From NCBI GenBank assembly GCA_028023455.1, contig JAQFVV010000011.1, positions 1,178,001 to 1,242,000 of the forward strand: a stretch of DNA of 64,000 nucleotides. Reading direction: 5' to 3'. Positions 53,717-64,000 of the stretch are shown here, piece by piece. The notes below the pieces were generated by a model that ran no database searches, had not been told where the DNA came from, and saw nothing but the letters and a program-made list of their open reading frames with translations. Made by a program: the position numbers and the translations under genes. Numbering within the stretch: position 1 is the first letter of the stretch; each line of letters starts with the position of its first letter. This stretch comes from Epiperipatus broadwayi (Eukaryota > Animalia > Onychophora).

Positions 53717-54306
53717 TGTCACATCTGACCTTGCCTTCAGAAATGGACTAGTCCAGATTCCTTCTTTATCTAATCAGATTGAGCACTCATTGTTGCTAAC
53801 CAATGTGTGAACATGTGGATAACCAACATATAAACATAGCCAAAAGGTAAAACATAAGTATGGTCAATGTGTAAACATGTGTATAAAATCCTACCATTGA
53901 TTAGTACAGGCCAATAGGCACTGATGCTCTCTGAATCCAATTGCTGGCAGTAAGGTAGAATGATCCGGCAATAAATAGTTAGTCTTTTTGGAGGCAAGAC
54001 AGAATAAGAGAGATAATATCTTTCTAACCTGAATGACTGAACATGCTCTCAATAGAAACCACTTTCAACTGTGAAGGTGTTTCTACTATAGACATTACCT
54101 ATAAGTCTATGCAGTGAGATAAGTTCACAATAAGACTGGAACTGCTAAGACTATGGCTGACTCAAGGAAAGCTGTCCACTATAGCTGGAATTGTCTTGAT
54201 TGGAACTCAAGGTAAGCTGTCCAGTATAGCTGGATGAATCTTGACTAGAACTCATGAGGCAAGCTAATATATACAACTGGAAGCGAGTTATATTCTGGAA
54301 GTAACA
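53717..54306 (+). mobile_element. Probable solo LTR inserted in the RTE
   Basis: TGTCAC...GTAACA termini, gtataaaa (~53882), caataaa (~53970), internal ~45-bp duplication; no matching TSD seen. Confidence 0.5.
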
Positions 54307-55437
54307 AGAAAGATATCAAAAGCAAATTACATAGATGAGAAAGCAAACTGGCATAATTAGAGGAATTAAAAAACTGAAATGAAATTGAACTGGATATTTA
54401 GTTAGAAGGGATGACAATGGATAGGTGATTGATACTTTAAACTGGTTCCCAAAAGTTTATATGAAATGAATGGAAAAAATAAGGTTTGCTTGAGTTTAAG
54501 GAAGACTAAATTAGAAAGACTAGATTAAAATGAAGAATCCTTCATTCTGAAGAGGATTGAAAATGGTTGAAAATTATGATATAGAATTATTAAAATTAAA
54601 AATGAAGTATATGTATGCCAAATAAATGCATCCACAAACAGATCTTAAGTGAAAAGTTGTGAAATTGATTTTTAATTTTACTTGGATGTGCAGTTAATTA
54701 AAAACTGAATTAATAAATAACGATGATAGTAATAAAAATGGATATATGTACTATTTTATTCTTATTAAAATGAAATTTAAACCAAGAATATTACGATACT
54801 GTTTATAAATAATGTGAAATATTAAACTTAATAGTTTTTGTTTTAAAATATTAGTTTAAAAAAAATTACATTGTGGGGTGTTTAAAGTTATTGTATTCAT
54901 TATTCCAATCCAAACTGATACATTAAAAATGTCTCTAATTCTATTTAATGAAAACCACTTGAGGGGATAAATGAAATTGAACCCTAGCACATTAGCTAGT
55001 GATCAGATTTATTAAGCCGAAAATATTTAATGGAGATAGCGGGAAAATTACATTAAAACATTTCATTGACTTAGAGGGATCGTTCTCTTTTCGCAAAATA
55101 TCAAATCAAAACTCAGCCACAACAATAAATGAATTTGCGCTGTACCTGTGTTTTTTTTTTACTATTTTAAAAACTAAAAATAGAAATGACAAATAAAATA
55201 AACTATTATAGTTTATTATTTATACTTTTAATATACCGTAATTACTTCCTAGTGAGTAAATAATTTCATAAATCTTAAAAACAAGCCAGAAAAAAACTAT
55301 TCAGCAGCTATTTAGTCTTTTACCAGATACATTACTGAGATTAGTTGATCCACAACTAAATGAGATTTTTATAAAATCTTTTGTAAACAATGGACACTAG
55401 ATGGCAGTGGTGTACCCAAATCTTAATAAAATAAAGA

Positions 55438-56300
55438 TTTTTTTTTTCTCAAAACATTTATTAAACTAATTAATATGGATGATATATTACAAATATGGAT
55501 AATGAACAATTATAATATTAGATGAGTTATGGAACTAACATTATTGAGTTAAACAGGGTTAGGTATTTAGTGGTTAAGTTCTTTGTTAACTTTATTAGAG
55601 AGTCTGATATAGCTTCCATGTCTCTTGAAAAATGAATGTTGTGGCAAGAGTTTTGTCTCTTTGTTTAATTTTCTCTATGCTCTGAATAAATAATGAGTTT
55701 TCATCTGGCTTGGGATGTTGGTATTGTGCCTTGCATCTTACAATCCAAATGGCATAGGTGATGAAAATTGACAGCCTGATTGTAGGAATATCTCTTCCAC
55801 GAATGCATTTCTTTTATATTAAGTATTTTGTAGTAGTCTATCTTTGAATTGTTAAATATTATTGTTTTAATATTACCTAGACCCATGCATGTTTTAATTA
55901 TGTGGTCAAATGTTTCCTCATCCCTGCCACAGCTGTGGCAAATTGATTGGACTTTGGTGCTAGATCTTTTATATCTGAGGAACCAGTTGACCGGCATGGC
56001 ATCCAGATTAATTTTAAGTAAGTAATCTAAGTATTTTGGTTCTAGAGCCCAATACTTGAATAGGGTAATCAGCTTGTGATTAGTTATTCCTAATCTTGTA
56101 GTAGAGATTTGATTATTTTGTTTTAGGATGTGATGGGCATCCCATAGCTTGATCTTGCTTTGATAGTTGTTATGGGCATTTTGTTGCATTGTTGACAGGA
56201 TTAGATGGTCAAGCCAGCTTAATTTTTTGGGGGGTGGGGTGTCGGTAGGAATTATGGATTCAGTGATTTTTATTATTGAAGTTAACACATTATTCATTTA
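55438..56300 (-). mobile_element. 5'-truncated L1/Tx1-type LINE 3' end with poly(A) tail
   Basis: 198-aa ORF with KINLDAMP..CHSCGRDEETFDHIIKTC (CCHC); AATAAA (55462-55457) then A-tail (T-run 55438-55447). Confidence 0.8.
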
Positions 56301-57621
56301 AAAAAATCAAGTATTATACCAATCAATAAAAATAATTTATGGTTTGTTGCCTGTCATTCGATACTCAAATACAGGAAATGATAGAGATAACTTGCTATCT
56401 ATGGATCTTTGATATGGCGGTTATATCAATCAATTTTATTGCTCTAAATTCTTGGTATAAATGAAAAAATATACACACAGCAATAAAAGATTACAAGTAC
56501 AACAATGTTGTAGACAACATCTAGATGATTTGGACACTTAAAAATATATCTTTTTAAATTATTAAAAAGCTTAATTAAAATAGTCTATTGAACAAATCAA
56601 TGAGTGTAATAGGAATAAAATATGTATTAAATAAAAATATTTATTAATATATAAGTTCAATATAATGTCTCACTTTAATGCTTATTTCAATTCAATACCT
56701 AAGGGAAGTATCTTAATGTCTCATGTAAGGAACTATCCCTGATTGGATGATTTTTTCAGAAAAATGTGGTAGTTCCACAGCTTTAGAATGCTGTTTTACT
56801 GTTATCTTAATTATATGAGTATAGGTTTCTTTTTAATATTGTAAATTCAGCCACACTGCTTTTATTGATTTTTTAATTGAAAAAAAAAAAATCTAAAGAG
56901 GTCAGTATCTTACAAACAATTGGCAAATATCAATCATTTTTACTATACTGTTCTCAAAGGAAAAACATACTTTAATGGTTTTTCTTTTCCTGATGATGCT
57001 TCATATGAAACTCATTGCTAATGTCATTACCTGTCAAAATTAATATTGTATTAGGGATATTATAAAAGTAAATATCAGATTTTGAAGCAGAGTTTGATAG
57101 ATTTATCACAAATCAATCTTTGTTTGTTGGCATTAAAAAAACTTAGAATAAAAAAGAATTTGTTCATTTTCTGAAAATATTTACAGTAACTTCATTTATG
57201 ATAATTATAGGACATTATTGTTATTAAAAAGGAAAAATATGATTTTTTTAGAATATTGATTGTTCATAAAATTAAATTAAAAAGGAATCAAGTCCAATTT
57301 ATTGAATTTTAGCATGAAATAATGATTTTATACAGAAATTAATGATTGAGCATTTTCAAAAACTCTCACCAGGTGGAACAATAAAAAAATGTCAGAATTT
57401 TAAAAGATTAAAGAAATTGCAAATGCCAAGTGTAACCTGTTGTCTAATGAATCTGCTTGTTTTTGAAGAGCACACCATACTCAACCAAATAAATAAACTT
57501 TACATGATTGATAAATCAATTATATTAAGTAGAAATAAGCATAAATTCTTATGTATTTTAGATAATTCTAAGGCAGTATGTAACTTGCGTATACTAGATA
57601 TTTCATATATGTAAGTAAAAT

Positions 57622-57826
57622 GATTTGAACTCAGGATGTTTTAGTCTATTCATTTTCCATCCCATCTGAAACAATTGGTACACATGACTAACTGGTGAGC
57701 ACTGGTTCTGTATAAAATATATTTACTGGGAATCATATATCTTTTTTGTATGTGCATGGTCATGTCTATTGGTTGCTTGAGATGGAGTGAAGAATGAATA
57801 TATTAAAAAAATCCTGAGTTCAAATC
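57622..57826. mobile_element. Fold-back of two tRNA-like SINE heads
   Basis: gatttgaactcaggat / atcctgagttcaaatc (B-box-like) plus ~45 bp of further inverted homology. Confidence 0.55.
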
Positions 57827-58129
57827 CCTCTCAATTCCATTAATTTCAAGGAAAGGGGGAGAGTGAACCTTTCTCTTACATGGATGAAGTATATTTTTAA
57901 TTATGATCTAAATCAATTTACTTTCATTTTACAAATAACAAAGATGTGCATATGCTTAAATTAGGAATTTTTATAACACTTGATATTTAAATTGATGTTA
58001 TCATTGCTTTAAAAACAACTTCATATATGTATCTAATGCATCTGCCTCCGTAAGGCTTTTCAAAAGAAAATCCATTAAAAATATCATCACATGACATCTG
58101 CATACAAAAAAACAGTAGATACTATAAAT

Positions 58130-58200
58130 CCAGATACACTGCTCCAAGATACAAAGCTTCTTACTGATGAAAGCCATAAGTTACAAACTGGTCGAGATAT
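58130..58200 (+). mobile_element. Family B fragment with hammerhead core
   Basis: CTGATGA 58164-58170 aagccataagttac aaactggtc. Confidence 0.5.
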
Positions 58201-58439
58201 TGCATTGGGCAGCACTGCAATGCAATGTGTGATGCAATGATCTCTCAACCACTATGCCCAGAGGGATCTATTAGCCACTTTACCTTCCTTTTCCATTCCC
58301 CACACTTTTTCCCATATTTTTTTTATTCTGCTCCATCTCATTTTCACAACATTACCTCTGAACACTCTATGACCTTTATATCTAAATCCCCTTTATCTTT
58401 TTCCAACACAACCCATTTTCTGTATAATAATTTTGTTTA

Positions 58440-59140
58440 TATTTATTCTGCCACGACTTCAATATTTGCACTCTTTCTGCTTGTGAGCATTTACATTCAA
58501 ATAACAGATGCCTAATATTTTCTCTGCTTTCCGTACATAATTTGCAGACTAAATCACCCACATTTCTCCATTTACGGGTATATTCCCTTATTTTTTACGA
58601 TCATGTTTGAGCTTTAAACAGTAAACTACTTTCCTTATTCTTATTATAAATTAATTCACACTCAATATTCTCTTTACTGCTATATATATTTAACTCTCCT
58701 ACTAGTTTTCCATCTCTCCAACTCCTTATTTTTTATTAATGCATCTATTCTTCTATTCCATGCCTCTATTCTATTCCATTCTTTGCCATTATAACACTCA
58801 ACAATTCTTCTAAGACAATCATCCCATCTTTTGTATAAGTATAATGACATAAAATCTTTATCCAAATCTTCTGCATACCATACTACCTTTCTCACCCATC
58901 TTGTTGCCTAACCTTTACTCATAACCCAATTAAATACTATTTTGGCTATTCTCTTATTATCCATAAATTGAAATCTACTGAACATTTTCCTTTTACTTTT
59001 TGCATCTCCCATATAAAACTTGATCATCCCATTTCTTCTTGGATTGCTTCCTTAGCCAACCACACATCTGCATCTAATATATGTCCCCATACTTATCTTT
59101 GTACTTTTTCTAAGTAATCTAATACCCTTTACTAACACAT
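58440..59140 (-). mobile_element. Non-LTR retrotransposon ORF2 C-terminal remnant (clade uncertain)
   Basis: RWVRKVVWYAEDL..RIEAWNRR..LERWK, ending RHLLFECK (terminal Zn-finger-like H..C). Confidence 0.5.
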
Positions 59141-60339
59141 AATTGGCTAGAAATTTAATAAGTGCTGCCATCTGACATCTATTGATTATTAAAGCTTACA
59201 ATAAGTAGTAATGTGGTGAAAAAATATTTTGTGATGCTAAAATTAACAAATTAAAATTGAAATCCCAAATATAATAAAATATAAAATTTACCAGTTGAGC
59301 AGTGGTAGAACAAAAACGAATGACATTTAAGTGCCCAGAAGTTGAGGCCCTTAATATTTTATTTCAGACAAAAAATGTTTTAGTATAAATTGTTTTTTTT
59401 TTAAATTCAAGCAACATTGACATGATATAAAATGGATTTTCCTAAAGCCTGTTTGAATAAAAGTTTATGTGCATAGACTGTCTAAAAATTCTGTTAGCCA
59501 AGTTGAATTCCCCTTTTTAAAAAAACCCATAATATATTACAATAAATGTATCTGTTTCTTATTTCTTACTATCAAATCATTTTTCAACTATGTTTCATTT
59601 CTTTTTGTCATTTTATTAAAAACTGATTCATTAGCTACTCTAACCTAATCTTTTATTCCTCATTTTTATTAGCAAGACCTAAACTAAATATACCCAAATC
59701 TCTATTTCGATCGTCTCTTTACTATTAAGTTTTTTCTCTTCTCTATATGATTTATTCTGATCTTTCTACAAATTTTAAATTTCATAAATAAGCATTCAAT
59801 ACTTTACCCTCAATCTCCAATAGTAACTACATCTACAAATCAAAACTTTGTTCCATATTTGCTTTCTTTCTCTGATATCTAAAACTCTTGTCCTTGCACA
59901 AATAAATAAATGTATCATCATCTATTCTTTCATATTTTATATATTGTTTATTCTTATATGACTATAAACTAATTTTTATTATTCTTTTTTATTTCCAATA
60001 ACTGCAGAAAAGAAGTTTCCTATTAAATGAAGGGAGAACTTTTGTTTCCTCTCTGAAGCATTAATGGAACTAAGCAGGGCAAATTCCTAATGTCCATTCC
60101 ATGTGTTCATGTTCCTATAGTTGTCATTACTATATGATTATTTATATTGTATATAAACATGGATGAGATGCATCAGTCAGCATAATGAATTTATTGTCTT
60201 TTTACTTCTGAGTTTAGGATCAAAAACCACGATGATCCTTTTTTCTCAGTTGCCCAATTGTTTTTAATTGAAATATCAGTTGAGTTTTCTTAAAGGCAGA
60301 ATGTGTGTGTAAATGCACTTTTTAAAATAGATATTTAGA

Positions 60340-63300
60340 ATCATGATGGGCAAAACTAAATCATGGTCTTTATTCCCAGAAGGTTGTAAAGTCACAGCTA
60401 AGGAAGCAGTTGGTGGGCAAAAATAGAAGGCACAAAAAATTTGCTGATTTCAGACCGAAACTATTGACATTTTATTTAGGTACTTACAACTGGAAATCAC
60501 TTTCAGATGAAGGAATATTGCATAAATTGGGATAAGATCAGTCTAATATTAAGTGGAATATTGTTGGATTTTGTGAAATTCGAAAAACAGTGAAAAAACA
60601 ATTGATTTAAAAAGTCTCAAAGGCATAAATATTGGAAGCATAAGTGGTCTTGGATTAAAAAATAGAAGAACAATATGGTAGATATTGATAGAATATCAAC
60701 AGAGTAACACGGTTGGTTATTCAAGTTAATGAAAAATATCAAATGCAGATAATTCAGGTTTATGCTCCAACAAGTTCTTATTGTGATGAAGCAATAGAGA
60801 ATTTTTATATGGATATACAAAAGGTTTTTGATCAGACCAAACATTTTAAAATTGTCATAGAAGACATTAATGCTAGAATTGGTAAATGATTGAAAAATGA
60901 AAATGCTGAGAGCCCATTTGTCTTTGATGATAGAAATGAGAGAAGACAAATTTGTGGAATTCACAGAAAAAGAAAAACTGTATATAATTCTTTCTTTAAA
61001 AAAAGTGCTAAATGAAAATGAACATAGAAGCATCCAAATGAAGCTACAGTAGAATTGGGTTATATTTTATTAAGAGAAAACATGCATTTCAAGATTTTAC
61101 TCTTCTTTATAAACTAAACACAGGAAGTGATTATTGATTAGTGATATATGATACATGCTAAAGCAAAACTAGAAAGACAAAAATTATGAAAAAAACAAAA
61201 CAATATTCACAGTAGTTTATATTCCTAATTTTCAGAAACATTCCAAAGAATTTAAATTATAATTTTCATATTTTAAATAATAGATTTTGAAGATGGTTGA
61301 GATTTGAACAAAATCAGTAGGAAGATAACTGATACATTATTAAGAACTGCAATAAAGATAGCTTATACAAAAGAGCAATCATTAACAAATAAAATTTTCA
61401 CTGAGACAAGACAATCTATGAAAAAAAAAGGAATTTGAAAATGTATAAAAATGATCCATTAAGGAGAATTGATTATCTAGAATTTTGTAAAACGGTACAA
61501 AAAAGAGGTAATAATAATATAAGAAAATATAAATGCAATTTATCCACTCTGGACACTTTTTAGAATAACCTTTTATTGGACATATATGCATGCACAATCT
61601 TGTGTTCCACTTTTACTTTAAAATGGTTCTGAAGAAGACTGCAGGACAGACAAAATGTAAGACTGTGTATTACAGCAAAATAAAGGAAGTGGTAAATTTG
61701 GTAATATTTTTATAAGAAAATATAGTTGTAAATTAGCAAAGAATACTACAGAAGTACAAAAAGATAAAACAAAATCTTGGTATTAGTATAAAACATTTCT
61801 GCAATAGGAAAATGGAGCTATTATTAAGAAAAGAGATGACATCATAAAATTTGTGGAAGAGTTCTATAAATAATTATACAGTAATAAAAAACAAGGCAAA
61901 GTATTTCTTCCAAATGAAATATCTTCTGAATTTCTCAGAATTTTAAATGAAGAAATGAGAAATGCAATTAAATCTATGAACTAAGGAAAGATTCCAGCTA
62001 ATTATGGAATTATAATAGATATCTTTAGGTAAGGAAATAGAAAAACTATTGGAAAGGTTATACACCAAATAAATGATAATGTTATACCAGTTAAATGGTA
62101 GAATGTAGTACTACTATTATTATTTAAAAAAGGTGATAAAAAAGATATTAGAAATTACAGATTTATCAGACTTTTATTAGTTTTATACAAAATGTTAACC
62201 AAGATAATTATAACTCTTCTCCAGCAAATTGTGATTTTAAACTACCAAAAGAACAAACAGGATTTAGAAGTGGTTTTAATGGCAGTGGATCACATTTAAG
62301 TATTGAGAGAAATTATAGAAAGGACCAATAAGTATGAATTGCCACTATGTTTTGGATTTGTGGATTATGAAAATACTTAATTTTATAAGCAATTTTGGGG
62401 TGATTAAAGCATTGGATCATCAAAATATAGATCCAAGATGTTGTCATATTTTGAAATTTTTTTTATCAAAATTCAATAGTTATGATTAAATTACACAGTT
62501 ATACAAAGATCATTGAGAAGGGTGTGTGGTAGGATGACTCCATATCTCCAAAACTTTTTATTAAAGTTTTACAAAAGCTATTTTGTGGATTAAAATGGAA
62601 AGCTACATGAACACAAGTAAATGGAGATTATTTAAGTCATCTAAATTTTACAGATGATGCAAATGGTTTTGCAAATAATGGTTTCAAGGAATGTTGCAAG
62701 AGTTATCAGATGAAAGTAATATAATACGACTAAAGATCAGTCGATTTTCTCAAAAGAAGACAATAGATTGATACTGATGAATTAGAAGAAGTTAGTCATT
62801 ACAAACACCTTGGTCAAATTATTAATAAAGATGTGAACATAATAGATAAAATTAATCATAGAATTACGCTTTTGATAAAAATAATATCAAAAGGAGATAT
62901 ACCAAAGTGTCTGAAAAAGGTTTTAATAAATGTGTTTTATCAGTTCTTACTTATGGTTCTGAAACATTGGCACTCAACAGAAGAGCAATACAGAGACTTC
63001 AGACCACTCAGTGAAGTATGGAGAGAATATATATGATAGAAGTAACAAGTGACTGAAAATGAAATACATGGGTGAGAGAACTAACATATTACTAACATCA
63101 TTGAAAAAAATTAAGAAATTGAAGTGGAGCTGAGCTGGACACATTGCTAAAAGAGAGAATAATAGATGAACAGTTGAAATCCTAAATTGGATTCCAAGAG
63201 ACTGTAAAAAATGTAGAAAAAGATCTTACATGAGATGGATGGAATAATGATGTTTGCTGGTTTGATATGGAGAAGGATGGCTAGAAATTAAAGAAACTTA

Positions 63301-63370
63301 ATTAAATTTGGAGAGATCTTTATCCTGCAGTAGATAAATAATGGTTGAAAATTATAGTGATGATGAACTT
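60340..63370 (+). mobile_element. Near-full-length decayed RTE LINE (APE-RT, TGA-type tail)
   Basis: WNIVGFCEIRK, IIQVYAPTSS, EDINARIG, FGFVDYE, DSISPKLF, LSHLNFTDD, YKHLGQII, LTYGSET, LKWS*AGHIAKR, tail agtgatgatga ~63356-63365. Confidence 0.9.
61532..61710 (+). mobile_element. Family A hammerhead element inserted in the RTE with 14-bp TSD
   Basis: Exact TSD tataagaaaatata (61518-61531 / 61711-61724); CTGAAGA 61629-61635, GACTG-CAGGA-CAGAC, AAAA TGTA AGAC. Confidence 0.8.
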
Positions 63371-64000
63371 ATTTTTTTTCTTACCCAACTTATCTACTTT
63401 TTTCATTCTTCATAATTATATATATATGTAATACATGCTATAAAATTATCTCTTTATTAACTTGGCATACTGTAAAACTTTCATGCCCAATGTGTTTCTG
63501 TCATCTCCATATAATCCAATTAAATATTATGTTTATTCATCTATTGTATCCCCCAAACATTTTTAGTTTCCCTCATTAAAAAAGAAGCCCACCCCATTTA
63601 ATCTTGAACAGTCTCATTTGCTGTTCACTATTCATCATCCAATGCAAAACTACCTACTTCTTTTTGTATTTTATTTAAACCATTTCCCAAATCCCTGACA
63701 ATACAAAGCACCCCATTTTCAAATATTAGACCGGGTAGCATAATTATTCTTTCAAAACTATTGTACATATACCATAGTCATTTTATTCCATTTAACAAAG
63801 TATTTAAAAGAATATTCTCCATTTCTTTAAGATAAATATTTCTCATTATTTTCCATTCTTTGGTTTTATCCGTTTCATTAAATATTAATATCTAAGCTTT
63901 TTCTCACTGAATTTAATTTGGATACAAGAGAATCACTGCACTATTAATTTTCCAAGTTCCAATTATAAAATCCCTATTAATATATATTAAGGCTATAATC

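Larger units (their letters stand above)
52200..54560 (+). mobile_element. Decayed RTE LINE (RT and 3' region) interrupted by a family B copy and a probable solo LTR
   Basis: IKLIKNGKAPGRAEIIIEMLK (~53140-53185), NYRPISF, FWICRL*K/FVDYEK region, LPMLTYGYE, aactggatatttagttagaagggatgacaat. Confidence 0.75.

Noticed and set aside
55395-55407. CTCF-like CACTAGATGGCAG (similar motif ~59163-59174)
   Set aside because: Short motif in repeat-rich DNA; function cannot be supported from sequence.
60000-60340. HDV-like ribozyme in the RTE 5' UTR (known for RTE elements)
   Set aside because: Could not assemble P1/P2/P3/P1.1 by eye; needs a descriptor search on the family consensus.

Overview
AT-rich eukaryotic (probably invertebrate animal) DNA made almost entirely of nested, mostly decayed transposable elements; no host protein-coding gene could be supported. 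Main contents: (1) two complete non-autonomous Ty3/Gypsy-type LTR elements with very long LTRs, 4-bp TSDs, PBS and PPT but no RT (19595-26443 minus, gag-only; 35806-42565 plus, Gag N-terminus fused in frame to an integrase C-terminus); (2) L1/Tx1-type and RTE-type LINE remnants, including a near-full-length RTE at ~60.3-63.4 kb; (3) a poly(A)-tailed tRNA-Gly(TCC)-derived retro-element with TSDs, in two very different versions; (4) most interesting, at least four families of short non-coding elements carrying minimal type I hammerhead-ribozyme motifs, often as fold-back copies, three insertions with exact 13-14 bp TSDs, and one family joining a tRNA-derived Pol III head to a hammerhead; (5) two unassigned highly structured segments (16.06-16.22 kb, 28.09-28.27 kb); (6) a strong CpG-deamination signature between LTR pairs. 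All alignments, translations and folds were done by eye, so LINE boundaries and identities are approximate.
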